The notes: generated from the letters alone by a model not told the origin. A stretch of 64,000 nt of DNA from Muribaculaceae bacterium (GCA_017935045.1 JAGBIJ010000022.1:1820-65819), one strand, 5' to 3'; shown: positions 32,766 through 42,831, numbered from the stretch's first letter. Numbers and translations are program-made.

Positions 32766-33287
32766 TCAGTCGTTGGTTTCGGCTACAGGCTGGCGACGGT
32801 TGTGGCGCGTACGCAGCGGGCCTTCCACCTTCACGTCGATCTGACGACGGATGCTCTGCTCCAGAGAGATGAGTGTCTCGGTCTCGGTCACACCGGGGAT
32901 ATGCTGGATATAATTGTTGAGCAGCTCCATGAGGTGCTGGTTGTCTTTGGCATATACCTTGATGAGCAGGGAGTATGGGCCGGTAGTGAAGTGACATTCC
33001 ACTACTTCGCGGATTTTCTCAAGCTCCTTTACTACCTCGCGGTACATGGAGCCGCGTGCGAGTTTCACGCCTACGTATGTGCATGTATTATAGCCGAGCG
33101 AACGGGGGTTTACGTTGTAGCCGGAACCTGTGATTACACCCATCTCTATCAGACGCTGTATGCGCTGATGGATGGCGGCCCGGGAAACGCCGCACTCAAT
33201 AGCCACATCTTTCGACGGGATGCGGGCATTCTTCATCACGATGTTCAGGATAGTTCTGTCCAGATTGTCAATTTTGTCTAATGCCAT
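32766..33287 (-). CDS. Lrp/AsnC family transcriptional regulator
   Basis: N-terminal HTH (LDRTIL...NARIP...AIHQRIQRL) and ECHFTTGPY. Confidence 0.93.
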   Translation of the reverse strand: MALDKIDNLDRTILNIVMKNARIPSKDVAIECGVSRAAIHQRIQRLIEMGVITGSGYNVNPRSLGYNTCTYVGVKLARGSMYREVVKELEKIREVVECHFTTGPYSLLIKVYAKDNQHLMELLNNYIQHIPGVTETETLISLEQSIRRQIDVKVEGPLRTRHNRRQPVAETND

Positions 33288-33640
33288 GATTGTATTCTGT
33301 CAAAAAAGGTTAAAGTTAATGAGTTTTGTTTTTGTTATAATAGATTTGGGTTGGAAGCCGGGCTGTTATGGCCTTATGCTCCGGCTTGTTTGGTCTGCAA
33401 ATTTACACATAATTTTCCAATATCCAACACTCCTATCCCAAAAATATTGCAAATTTCTATATTTTTTAACATTTGCCCTTTTTATACCCTTTGAAATCAT
33501 GGTCTTATTTCATGGAAATAGGCATTTTGGATTCATGGCAAACTGACAGATTCGCCCACGCCGCCCTTTTGGCATGAAAAAGGCCGCCTTCCCTGTCGGA
33601 AACGGCGGCCTTGCGGTACTTTACGGTACGTATGTCTCGA

Positions 33641-34561
33641 TTACATATCGGTGTTGGCCGGTACCTGGGCCGGAGCGGCTGCGCCTGCCTGAGTTCCGGT
33701 TGCGGCGCCTGCGCCGGGCATCGGCGCGGGTTCGGCAGTGTAGGGCACTACCTCTACAGAAATCACATAGACATCCATCGGCTTGACACCTTGAGGCGTG
33801 CGGCCCTGGAAGACCTCGGCGCCTGTAGTCAGAATCTCAAATGAAGCGCCCTCTTTTACCAGAGGAAGCACGGCGTCCAGCATAGGCATCGGAGACTGGC
33901 CGACAGTGACGGGGCTGGCCTGATCGCCCGAGCCGGGCATGATTTCCTTGCCCTTGGTATCAAACAGACGCAGCTTCACACCGGTCTGGCTGCCTTTGGA
34001 CACCTGAGTGCCGTCTCCGGCTTTCTTGATATTGTAGTAGGTGTTGCCCTGTTTTTTGTAATTCTTGCCTTTGGCATACTTGTCAAGCACCTTGGCGCTG
34101 GCTATGGACATGGCGTGGTCGGTAGCTGCGCTCGCCTGAGTCTGGAGCTTCATCATCGTGCTTTCGTCAGTCTTCTCCTTGACACCGGCGGCATAACCGC
34201 TGGCCAAAGCATCGATTGAAGTCTGGATATCGTAGTTGGCTTTCATGTCGGCAAGCTGGCCGGCAGCCTGAAGACCCATCATAAGTCCTTGGTTATACGA
34301 CATATTGTCGAGCTTTACCAGGCCAAGGGCTGCGTAATATCCTTCATTGAAAGACTTTTCGTCGATAGTGGAATCGTTCTTGAGTATCTGCTGGGTCTGG
34401 ATACCCATCAGGTTGCCCATGAGGTACGATACGGAGTCGGCTACGCTCGATTCTTTCGAGAGCTTGACATCCTTGAAGTCATCGGCGCTTTTCTTCTCGC
34501 CGCCACAGGCTGTCAGAACGAGAGCGCATGCGGCATAAATTCCTAATTGTTTAAGTTTCAT
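33641..34561 (-). CDS. Lipoprotein with FKBP N-terminal domains and a degenerate FKBP domain
   Basis: Lipobox LTAC; DSVSYLMG and SYNQGLMMG FKBP_N motifs; C-terminal FKBP-like fold lacking the FDSS/IPGW residues. Confidence 0.7.
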   Translation of the reverse strand: MKLKQLGIYAACALVLTACGGEKKSADDFKDVKLSKESSVADSVSYLMGNLMGIQTQQILKNDSTIDEKSFNEGYYAALGLVKLDNMSYNQGLMMGLQAAGQLADMKANYDIQTSIDALASGYAAGVKEKTDESTMMKLQTQASAATDHAMSIASAKVLDKYAKGKNYKKQGNTYYNIKKAGDGTQVSKGSQTGVKLRLFDTKGKEIMPGSGDQASPVTVGQSPMPMLDAVLPLVKEGASFEILTTGAEVFQGRTPQGVKPMDVYVISVEVVPYTAEPAPMPGAGAATGTQAGAAAPAQVPANTDM

Positions 34562-34586
34562 TGATTTATTTAGGTTAAATGAATTG

Positions 34587-34829
34587 TCAGTAAGATGAGT
34601 TCTCTGCTACAGCCGATACGTTGACCGCAGTGTCGGCCGTTTCCGGCGCCGGCATGGTGGGAGCGGGAGCCGGGACAGTGTCGGTTGCGGTTATTTCGAC
34701 GTTCTGTATGTCTACCTCCACTGTGTCGCCGGTAGGGGTGGAGTCAGCCGTGCGCCCCTTGCAGGAGCCGAGCAGAGCCACGGTGGCGAGAAGCGCGCCC
34801 CCCGCGATGGTCAGCTTTTTCATAATCAC
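34587..34829 (-). CDS. Small lipoprotein
   Basis: Lipobox LGSC; TPTGDTVEV; low-complexity tail; coupled to the upstream FKBP gene. Confidence 0.7.
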   Translation of the reverse strand: MIMKKLTIAGGALLATVALLGSCKGRTADSTPTGDTVEVDIQNVEITATDTVPAPAPTMPAPETADTAVNVSAVAENSSY

Positions 34830-35338
34830 TGTACGTCAAGCAGTTCGACCTCGAAATACAAATCCTCGTTCGGCGCTATCGGACCGCCAGGTGTGCCCTG
34901 CGGGCCGTAAGCCAGAGCGGAGGGGATGATGAACTGATACTTGTCGCCCACACCCATCAGCTGCACGCCCTCGGTCCAGCCCGGGATTACACGGTTCAGC
35001 GGGAAATCGATCGGCTCGCCGCGGTCTACCGACGAGTCAAACGTCTCGCCGTTCAGATGCTTGCCCGTATAATGCACCTTTACAATCGAGGTCGCCTGCG
35101 GATGCTTGCCTGTAGTGGCCGGGCCGCTTACTTTCTTATACTTCAGGCCGCTGGCCGTAGTCGTATATCCGGTTGTGTCCACGTTGATTACTACAGTGGC
35201 AGGCGTCTCGTCTATATCTACTATCTCGTCGGCGGCGGTCTCCTGAGCCTGCTCCGAAGTCGTAGCCGTAGCGCCGCACGATGATGCAGCCATCGTCATG
35301 GCGATGGCTGCACTCATTATCAATATAGTCCTTTTCAT
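34826..35338 (-). CDS. FKBP-type peptidyl-prolyl isomerase (lipoprotein)
   Basis: ASSC lipobox; VHYTGK, FDSS, VIPGWTEG, LAYG and FEVELL. Confidence 0.93.
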   Translation of the reverse strand: MKRTILIMSAAIAMTMAASSCGATATTSEQAQETAADEIVDIDETPATVVINVDTTGYTTTASGLKYKKVSGPATTGKHPQATSIVKVHYTGKHLNGETFDSSVDRGEPIDFPLNRVIPGWTEGVQLMGVGDKYQFIIPSALAYGPQGTPGGPIAPNEDLYFEVELLDVQ

Positions 35339-35343
35339 CGGGA

Positions 35344-35934
35344 TTACTTCTTTACTACCTTTATCAGTTCTACTTCAAATATCAGAGTAGAGTGGGGCGG
35401 TATGGCGTTGGGTACGCCCTGAGCGCCGTATGCCAGATCGGAAGGGATGAAGAATGTATATTTCGCTCCCTCCTTCATCAGCTGCACACCCTCGGTCCAG
35501 CCCGGGATTACACGGTTCAGCGGGAAAGTCGCCGGCTCGCCGCGGTTGACCGACGAGTCAAATACGGTACCGTCCAGCAGCTTGCCCGTATAGTGTACCG
35601 TGACCTCGTCGCTGGCTCCGGGCTGAGCGCCCGTACCCTCCTTTTCCACTACATACTGCAGACCGCTGGCAGTCTCCTTGACCTCGGCCTTCTTCTTGTT
35701 CTCCTCCAGGAATTTCTTTCCCTCCTCTTTGGCGCGGGCCTCAAGTTCGCCCTGAAGTTTCTGCAGATACTCGTTGATCAGCTTGTGAGCCTCCTCTACG
35801 GGCATCTTGGGCTCAGTGCGGTCAAATACAGCCTTTACTGCGTCAGCAAAGCTTTCCACATCTATATCGTTCACACCCATTCCATGAAGCTGCTGACCCA
35901 TTGCCAGGCCCCATGCGTAGCTTAATTTATCCAT
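35344..35934 (-). CDS. FKBP-type peptidyl-prolyl isomerase (FklB/FkpA-like)
   Basis: FKBP_N (DKLSYAWG) plus TASGLQY, FDSS and VIPGWTEG. Confidence 0.95.
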   Translation of the reverse strand: MDKLSYAWGLAMGQQLHGMGVNDIDVESFADAVKAVFDRTEPKMPVEEAHKLINEYLQKLQGELEARAKEEGKKFLEENKKKAEVKETASGLQYVVEKEGTGAQPGASDEVTVHYTGKLLDGTVFDSSVNRGEPATFPLNRVIPGWTEGVQLMKEGAKYTFFIPSDLAYGAQGVPNAIPPHSTLIFEVELIKVVKK

Positions 35935-36190
35935 AATTGTATATTGAGTTATATTTCGTTTACCTTAATCCAACGCTTCAGAGAGTCTATATGTTGCTTC
36001 CGTTAACAAAATTAAACTCTCCGTTCACGTATGAATTAACGCGCGAAATTAGTGAAAAATTTCACAACCCCCAAGTCCGGAGCATATTTTGTGTCCTAAA
36101 AAAAGAGAGAAATTTGCATATTACGGAAAAATGCAGTAATTTTGCACCGCATTTTAGCTCGCGCCCCCTGCGGGTTGGATGCCGTAAGAT

Positions 36191-36264
36191 TGTCTTATGG
36201 TGTAATGGTAGCACAACAGTTTTTGGTTCTGTTTGTCCAGGTTCGAATCCTGGTAAGACAACCA
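36191..36264 (+). tRNA. tRNA-Gln(TTG)
   Basis: TGTCTTA/TAAGACA acceptor stem, GGTGTAATGGTAGCAC D-arm, TTG anticodon, GGTTCGAATCC T-loop, encoded CCA; TAATTTTG promoter upstream and terminator downstream. Confidence 0.96.
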
Positions 36265-36320
36265 GGTCAGGAAGCCCTCCGGCTCCCTGACCTTTTTTAT
36301 AATGCACGTGCAGCGCGCTG

Positions 36321-37973
36321 TCAGCCTATCAGCGAGGCGATATCCTCCTCGACTGTCGAGATGGCGCCTATGCCGAATTTCTGCTGCAGCACCTTCAGTA
36401 TGTCGGCGGTAAAGAAAGCCGGCAGAGTGGGTCCCGTGTGTATATTCCTCACGTCCAGTGACAGCAACGCGAGCAACACTATCACAGCCTTCTGCTCATA
36501 CCAGGCTATGTTGTAGACTATCGGCAGGTCGTTGATGCTTTCGGCTCCCAGCGCGTCCTTCAGCGCCAGGGCTATGCGTACCAGCGAATAGGAGTCGTTG
36601 CACTGTCCCGCGTCAAGCACGCGCGGCACACCCTCTATGTCGCCCAGCGGAAGCTTGTTGTAGCGGTACTTAGCGCAGCCGGCCGTAAGTATCACGCAAT
36701 CATCGGGCAGCGCCGAGGCAAACCGCGTGTAATAGTCGCGCGAGGGGAAGCGTCCGTCGCAGCCGGCCATGACTACAAATTTACGGATTTTGCCGCGCTC
36801 TATCAGGTCGATGATTTTCGGCGCGAGCTGTATGACCTGATGGTGGGCGAACCCTCCCGTGATGGCGCCATGCTCTATTGCCTCGGGCGGAGCGCACTGC
36901 TGCGCCCGCTCTATCAGTTCCGAGAAATCTTTCTTTCCGTCGCTGCCGGCCTCTATGTGGTGTGTGCCGGGCATGCCGACCACCCCGGTTGTGTACACCC
37001 GGTCAAGATAAGAGCATCCTTTGCGCGGAGGCACTATGCAGTTGGACGTAAAAAGAAAGACACCGTTGAATTTCTCAAACTCCTCCGTCTGTTTCCACCA
37101 GGCGTTGCCGTAGTTGCCGGCGAAATGCGCGTATTTCTTGAAAGCAGGATAGTACTGCCCCGGCAGCATCTCCGAATGGGTATAGACGTCTACTCCCTTG
37201 CCCTGACTCTGTTCGAGCAGTTCCTCCAGGTCTCTCAGGTCATGCCCGCTTATCAGGATCCCGGGCCGGTCGCGCACACCGATGTCTACGGTCGTGATTT
37301 CCGGATTGCCGTACGTGCCTGTATTGGCCCGGTCCAGCAGGTCCATCACTTTGACACCTCCGCTTCCTACGGCCAGGACCAGCGCCAGCAGTTCGTCTGC
37401 GTCTATGTCCTGGCGTGCGGTCTCGGCCATAGCGTTCTCTATGACGGCATACACCGTCTCATCCTCATAGCCCAGATTGGCGGCATGGCGCGCGTATGCG
37501 GCCATACCCTTGCATCCGTATATGGCCAGCTGCTTGAGTCCGCGTATATCCTCGTCAGGCTCAGCCATCACACCGGTAATCTCCCGGTACTTCTCTGCCT
37601 CCTCGGGGCTGGCCTGGAAATCTACCGGTTTCAGGGCAGGCAGACTGATACCGTGGCTGCGGGCTGTCTCGGCCAGATTCGCCTTGACCTCAAAAGCACG
37701 CCTGATGAAGCCGTCCAGCGAATCATTGTCGAAATTGGCATTGGTAATGGTCGTGAACAGAGCGTCGATGACCTCGTGGCTCGCTTCACGCGATTGCAGA
37801 TTCTTCTCTCTCAGAGCGCGGTTTATGGCTGCCACGCCTCTTACGGCATACAGCAGCAGATCCATCCGCGCAGATGTCTGCGGAAGTTTCCCGCAGACAC
37901 CTCTTTTTATACATCCTGTGCCGCGCAGAGTCTCCTGACACTGATAGCAGAACATATCATACTGGTTATTCAT
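36321..37973 (-). CDS. hcp: Hybrid cluster protein (hydroxylamine reductase)
   Basis: MFCYQCQE...GC...GVCGK, ISGHDL, YTHSEMLP, AGCDG, LDAGQCNDS and WYEQKA. Confidence 0.97.
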   Translation of the reverse strand: MNNQYDMFCYQCQETLRGTGCIKRGVCGKLPQTSARMDLLLYAVRGVAAINRALREKNLQSREASHEVIDALFTTITNANFDNDSLDGFIRRAFEVKANLAETARSHGISLPALKPVDFQASPEEAEKYREITGVMAEPDEDIRGLKQLAIYGCKGMAAYARHAANLGYEDETVYAVIENAMAETARQDIDADELLALVLAVGSGGVKVMDLLDRANTGTYGNPEITTVDIGVRDRPGILISGHDLRDLEELLEQSQGKGVDVYTHSEMLPGQYYPAFKKYAHFAGNYGNAWWKQTEEFEKFNGVFLFTSNCIVPPRKGCSYLDRVYTTGVVGMPGTHHIEAGSDGKKDFSELIERAQQCAPPEAIEHGAITGGFAHHQVIQLAPKIIDLIERGKIRKFVVMAGCDGRFPSRDYYTRFASALPDDCVILTAGCAKYRYNKLPLGDIEGVPRVLDAGQCNDSYSLVRIALALKDALGAESINDLPIVYNIAWYEQKAVIVLLALLSLDVRNIHTGPTLPAFFTADILKVLQQKFGIGAISTVEEDIASLIG

Positions 37974-37992
37974 AGATTCTGTTTGGTATTAT

Positions 37993-38033
37993 TTAGAGGC
38001 TGTTTAAAAATCGGTAACTTAGAGGCTGTTTAT
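37993..38033. repeat. Two tandem MITE half-ends
   Basis: TTA-GAGGCTGTTTAAAAA (37993) and TTA-GAGGCTGTTTA (38019), matching the terminal repeat of the element at 54622. Confidence 0.6.
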
Positions 38034-38038
38034 ACAGA

Positions 38039-38374
38039 TTATACAGACGCCTTGATTTTGATGAGTACGAGTCTGGCGTCAGTCTTGGCCTCGACACTGT
38101 GAGGCACCCCCTCGCCCATGAGCATGAAGTCCCCGGCATGAAGCAGATGCTTGCGGTCCGCCATGGTAAACTCTACCTCTCCTTCGGTCACATAAATCAT
38201 GACCTCAGCCGGAGCCAGATGTGTGTCAAGCTTCTGCCCCGATCTGAAGGCCAGCAGCGACACCCCGCCGTTGGCGTTCTCAAAGATACTTTTGAACTGT
38301 ACGCTCCTGTCATCGCCCGTAAGCTGGGAGGCGAGCGCGTAAACCTCTCCGAATTTGTAATTTGTCTTCAACAT
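38039..38374 (-). CDS. Cupin domain protein
   Basis: GQKLDTHLAP...EGEVEF...PHSVEA. Confidence 0.9.
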   Translation of the reverse strand: MLKTNYKFGEVYALASQLTGDDRSVQFKSIFENANGGVSLLAFRSGQKLDTHLAPAEVMIYVTEGEVEFTMADRKHLLHAGDFMLMGEGVPHSVEAKTDARLVLIKIKASV

Positions 38375-38386
38375 AATATTAATAAT

Positions 38387-38752
38387 TTATTGATTTTCCG
38401 CTGACTCTATCATTGCCGCGAGTACGGCGGCATTGTTATGCTCACGGTCATGCGACGAATAGAGCAGCGTGACCTTAGGTTTATCGGCTATAGCCTCAAG
38501 CAGAGCGCTATACGCCGGATTGTGCGCCAGCTCGGCCTTATAGCGTGCTGCAAACTCATCCCAGACTCCGACGCCCGCGCCGTGAAACCATTCACGAAGC
38601 GTAGTCGACGGAGCTATCGCCTTGTCCCACCAGTCATAATGAAAATTTTCATGCGAAAGCCCGCGCGGCCACAGTCTGTCTACATAGATGCGGTAGCCGT
38701 CAGTGGCCGAAGCGGGGTCATAGGCCCGCTTTATTTCAACTGTATGCTTCAT
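38387..38752 (-). CDS. DUF488 family protein (YeaO-like)
   Basis: IKRAYD...DGYRIYVDRLWPRG...APSTTLREWFH...HNNA. Confidence 0.92.
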   Translation of the reverse strand: MKHTVEIKRAYDPASATDGYRIYVDRLWPRGLSHENFHYDWWDKAIAPSTTLREWFHGAGVGVWDEFAARYKAELAHNPAYSALLEAIADKPKVTLLYSSHDREHNNAAVLAAMIESAENQ

Positions 38753-38913
38753 AGTAATAAATATAGCGTAATGATATGCCCGCAGCCAGCGGATAGAATG
38801 ATTGTCCCCGCTTCATTTCAACATCCGGCCCGCTCCGGTTGTTCATTGTTCATTCTCGGGTTCTGTTGGCGATTACGGATAAATTCCGTAATTTTGCGCT
38901 AAAAAGTTTGCAC

Positions 38914-39438
38914 ATGAATCTGAAGGCTACCCTCGGCGGCAGAATCGGAATAAGCGACATACGCGCTATATGCGCCCACTGCTCAGGCTCCTGCGAGACC
39001 GAATTGCTATCGTACGCCTTCGATTCTGACGACCGTACGGCCTACAATGCCTTGTGGGCGCTGACACATTTTCCGAGAAAAGGCAGGGACCTGCTTCTCC
39101 CTTACCGCGACCGCCTGATAGACTCTCTGCTTGCTACAGCCCATGTAGGCCGCCGGCGTCTCATGCTCTCGCTGCTCGATGCATTGCCCTGCGAGGCCGC
39201 CGACATACGCACTGATTATCTCGACTTCTGTCTGGACCGTATCAACTCCACTGAGCCTTACGGTGTCCGTGCCCTCTGTCTGCGCCAGGCTTACGCGCAG
39301 TGCCGTCACTATCCCGAACTTATCCACGAGCTGCGACAGCAGATGCAGATCATGGCTCTCGCGCCTCTCTCTCCGGGTCTGCGGAGCGTCCTGCGTCATA
39401 TCAGCCGGCTTCTTCCCCCCGCTTCTCCCTCTCTTTGA
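38914..39438 (+). CDS. Conserved hypothetical helical-repeat protein
   Basis: ATG 38914 downstream of a TAATTTTG promoter; NALWALTH and YLDFCL motifs; HEAT-like helices. Confidence 0.7.
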   Translation: MNLKATLGGRIGISDIRAICAHCSGSCETELLSYAFDSDDRTAYNALWALTHFPRKGRDLLLPYRDRLIDSLLATAHVGRRRLMLSLLDALPCEAADIRTDYLDFCLDRINSTEPYGVRALCLRQAYAQCRHYPELIHELRQQMQIMALAPLSPGLRSVLRHISRLLPPASPSL

Positions 39439-42115
39439 TTATTACTGTCGCCGCCATGATGGCCGCACTCAGCGACTTCTCCTGTCCCGGTTCGCCGCGC
39501 AATCCTATGATGTCGTTGTGGCAACGGCTGAAATAATATTCCCACAATATGTCGGCCACCCGTCTGTGGACTACGGGCATCTCCTCGCGCAGCGCCAGCT
39601 CCCGGCTCATCGCCATAGCAATCATCTTGTACACGCTGCCGTGATTATTGCTATTGCTGTAGCTCTGCGGGTGGAATTCATAGAATGACCGCCCCTGGGA
39701 TGACAGCGGCTCCACATTCAGTATCTTGGGCTTCGCGTTGTTGTGGAACACGAGCGCGGCGAACGTGACCCGCCCTACGTTTACCTTCTCGTATTTCTTA
39801 TTGCCACGCCCGTATTCCCCCGTCTCGGTGTGGAAAAGCGAATAATCTTTGACCGACCTGACGTTATGCGTGTCCAGAGTTACTATTGCCCGCCACAGCA
39901 GCTCCATATATTCGGTCGTGAATACCCGGCGCCGGTCTTCCTCCCCCCGCATTTCCCTCAGAAGGAAGAGCAGCCGGTCTATGAATTTACGGTATGCCGC
40001 ATACATGTTGCCGGCTGTCCGCAGGTTCAGGCTCAGATTGTCTCCATCGCTCCCGTCGTCATACTTCGTCACTCGCTCTCTGAGCCGACGCATGGCAGCG
40101 TATATATTGGGTTCGCCTTCTTCGGGCATTGTTTGGGGCAGCGTAGAGCTCAGAGCCTTGACCTCAGCCGTCACGCGGTCACGGCAGAAGCGGTTCAGAC
40201 GGTGGGCCGCGTCCTCGGCCTCACGGCGCGCCGCCGCATTGTCCGGATCGTCCAGGAAGCGCTGCAGACTCGTGTATGCCGGCCTCAGACGCATGGCAAA
40301 CGCTTCATACCCGTTTTTCCGGCTATCCTCGGCGGTCTGCCGGATGAGGTCGGCCAGACGGTCATATTCGCCTAAGGCTATCTTTTTCGCGTTGCGCAGC
40401 TGTCGCCGGTGTCTTGCCCTGACTGCAAGCAGTACGATGCCGAACAGCGTCAGCGCCATGCACACTATCGACGCCAGCCAGCCGGCCTTCTCGCCTATCG
40501 CCGCCCAGGTCAGTCCCGGACGCGCCGGCAGAAGCTCAGCCCGGCCTCCCGGATGCGGCATATATATCCCGGTCTGGTAAAGCGCCGTATCATCGGCCGA
40601 CGCGAGGCGCCACATACCGAAATTCAATGTGTTGATTAAGTAGCCGTCATGCATCCCGGACGTTATTTCCCTCACATACGGGCTTTCGCAAAGCGAGTCC
40701 AGCGTTATGCCGCGTTCTCTGTCGGCCATAAACACATACTTCTTCAGCGGCTTTCCCTCTGTGTCATAAAGGCTCAGTGAGTTGCGCGAACCTACCAGCA
40801 GCTGCCCGTCGTCCAGGGGAAGCACGGACTCTATCCTGTCATTGTCTCCGGACGCGACCTCTATTATCCTGACCGCGTTCCGGTCCGATGGCCAGATAAA
40901 CCGTCCCGTGCCAGCCTTGTACACACCGTCGGCCGCCGCCATATATATTTCTTCTCCCCGGGGGCTGGCGGCTGCCTGCACTATGTGCGGACACCCCGTG
41001 ATTTGCCCCGTGAACTCATATCCCTCCTCTGTCTTGCTCCACAGTCCCCCTTTGTCGCTGATGACATACCGGCCCATGTCGAAGCGTATCTGCTCGTCGC
41101 TCCCGTTGGCGCCGGCTTTCTGATTCAGACGGAGCAGTTTCCCGCCGCTGATATAGTATAGCTCGCCACCTGCCGTCAATACCCCGTTAGGCACCGAATA
41201 CTCTGCCGGCGCGAACCGCGACTGAGGCCCCAGCGCCGTTATACTGTCGCCGGAGACAGCCATGTCCATAGCCCACGGCGCCGTGCCCCGTGCTTTTCCC
41301 GGTTTGCCCGTCGTCCGGCTGTATGTCATTATCTCCTTCCCGCCGTGTCCGTCAGAGCGCAGCGCGTAGATACTGTCGCCATGCGTGCGCGTGCGCCAAT
41401 AGCGGCCGTCCTCTATCAGTTCTGCCCCTTTCGGATCGTTCAGACTCTGCTTGCCTATGCGGTACAGTCCCCGGTCTGTGGCGGCTATTATGGCATCGCC
41501 GTCATTCTCAAGACCTTCCTGTGCAAACTGCTTGTGTCCACGTCTCAGGTGTTCCAGAGCGGCCGCCGGCCTCAGATACATGGTGTCTCCTTTCGCCGAC
41601 CCCGGTTTCGGTCGCGGCAGACTGGCAAGTCCGTTGGAGCCGCCCGCCACTATGAGGCTGTCGCAGTCCATCAGATGATAGATGCTGATATGTTCCCGCT
41701 TGTCGGGCGCAGCCATCGGCGGCAGACTGATCTGACTGAATCCGGCCGGCTCATGCGCCGTGCCGCCTCTCTGACCATCATATTCCAGATAATAGAGAGC
41801 CTGATTGCGGACCGCCACCAGAAACGCCGAGTCCGCCGTGCGCAGCACATCATATATTTTTCCGCCCGGAGCCTCTGCCGGCAGATAATATCGTTCAAGT
41901 GTCCCGTGGCGCAGGTCGTAGCTGTAAAACGATTTTCCCTCTGTGCCTATCCATATCCTGGCGGAATCACGGTCGAGCCTGATGCTGCTGACCGAATCAA
42001 GGGCTGCGGCTTGCGATCCGCGCACAGTGCCGCCCCCTTCGCGCACCGGGCTGCCGCAGGCGCCCAGTGTGAGCAGAATTATCGGTAATATCAGTGTCGT
42101 AATCAGGCTTCGCAT
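39401..42115 (-). CDS. Large membrane sensor-like protein: beta-propeller ectodomain, TM and unknown cytoplasmic domain
   Basis: Signal/lipobox LLTLGAC; repeated IWIGT/AGGSNGL/ATDRGLY/AADGVY/VGSRNSL blades; TM WLASIVCMALTLFGIVLLAV; ~330-aa cytoplasmic tail. Confidence 0.75.
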   Translation of the reverse strand: MRSLITTLILPIILLTLGACGSPVREGGGTVRGSQAAALDSVSSIRLDRDSARIWIGTEGKSFYSYDLRHGTLERYYLPAEAPGGKIYDVLRTADSAFLVAVRNQALYYLEYDGQRGGTAHEPAGFSQISLPPMAAPDKREHISIYHLMDCDSLIVAGGSNGLASLPRPKPGSAKGDTMYLRPAAALEHLRRGHKQFAQEGLENDGDAIIAATDRGLYRIGKQSLNDPKGAELIEDGRYWRTRTHGDSIYALRSDGHGGKEIMTYSRTTGKPGKARGTAPWAMDMAVSGDSITALGPQSRFAPAEYSVPNGVLTAGGELYYISGGKLLRLNQKAGANGSDEQIRFDMGRYVISDKGGLWSKTEEGYEFTGQITGCPHIVQAAASPRGEEIYMAAADGVYKAGTGRFIWPSDRNAVRIIEVASGDNDRIESVLPLDDGQLLVGSRNSLSLYDTEGKPLKKYVFMADRERGITLDSLCESPYVREITSGMHDGYLINTLNFGMWRLASADDTALYQTGIYMPHPGGRAELLPARPGLTWAAIGEKAGWLASIVCMALTLFGIVLLAVRARHRRQLRNAKKIALGEYDRLADLIRQTAEDSRKNGYEAFAMRLRPAYTSLQRFLDDPDNAAARREAEDAAHRLNRFCRDRVTAEVKALSSTLPQTMPEEGEPNIYAAMRRLRERVTKYDDGSDGDNLSLNLRTAGNMYAAYRKFIDRLLFLLREMRGEEDRRRVFTTEYMELLWRAIVTLDTHNVRSVKDYSLFHTETGEYGRGNKKYEKVNVGRVTFAALVFHNNAKPKILNVEPLSSQGRSFYEFHPQSYSNSNNHGSVYKMIAMAMSRELALREEMPVVHRRVADILWEYYFSRCHNDIIGLRGEPGQEKSLSAAIMAATVIIKEREKRGEEAG

Positions 42116-42380
42116 ACCTATTTTTTCGGATTTCAAAATTAGTCAAAAAAATCCACTCTCACAATAGTTTTGACATATCCAAATTTTCGACGCTTTTTTT
42201 ACCATCTTTTTTAGTTGTTGCCCGTTTTTCAGCATCTGTCTGATTATTAGCAAAATAAAAAAGTGCTGTGGCGCACACCGCACATGTTTTAGGGTACTGT
42301 ACCGCTTAAATCGTTATCCTATACTAAATTCGCGCCGGGTGCTTACCCATCTGATGTTTAACTAAAACTTTTTTATCGTC

Positions 42381-42767
42381 ATGAAAAAATCCATCGCTAT
42401 GATGTGCCTGCTGCTGACAGCAGGCTGTCTTGAGGCAGGAGCCGTACGGCAGTCACTGAGAAGCCTGCGGAGCGCAGCTGGATCCGCCTCCCGCCAGGCG
42501 CGGACGTGGGTCAGACTGCCACAAGTGCCGCGGGTGCGCACAGTCCTGCCGCTGGCTGCTGTCGCAGCCGGTGAAACAGCAAAATCAAAGAGACAAAGAG
42601 AAGAGCAGGCAAAACGACTGACACAACGCCATTTTCCAACTTTGCAGAAGCCTTATGTCCTAAGCCGCTCTTCCCTTTCTCCGATTGATCTCAAGTCTAT
42701 TGCTCCCGTCAAAGTTGCCGTGCCGGTAATATCTGACACTTTGCCTGATGCGGCTCCGGAGCGCTGA
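42381..42767 (+). CDS. Hypothetical secreted basic protein
   Basis: MKKSIAMMCLLLTAG signal peptide after an AT-rich start region; Arg-rich mature part. Confidence 0.6.
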   Translation: MKKSIAMMCLLLTAGCLEAGAVRQSLRSLRSAAGSASRQARTWVRLPQVPRVRTVLPLAAVAAGETAKSKRQREEQAKRLTQRHFPTLQKPYVLSRSSLSPIDLKSIAPVKVAVPVISDTLPDAAPER

Positions 42768-42831
42768 CCCTTTCTTAACCCAGTGTGCCGGAAGACCCGG
42801 TTTTCCGGCACACTATCTAAAAAACTGTTGT

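Noticed and set aside
36062-36516. ORFs overlapping tRNA-Gln
   Set aside because: They are translations of the tRNA, its promoter and terminator.
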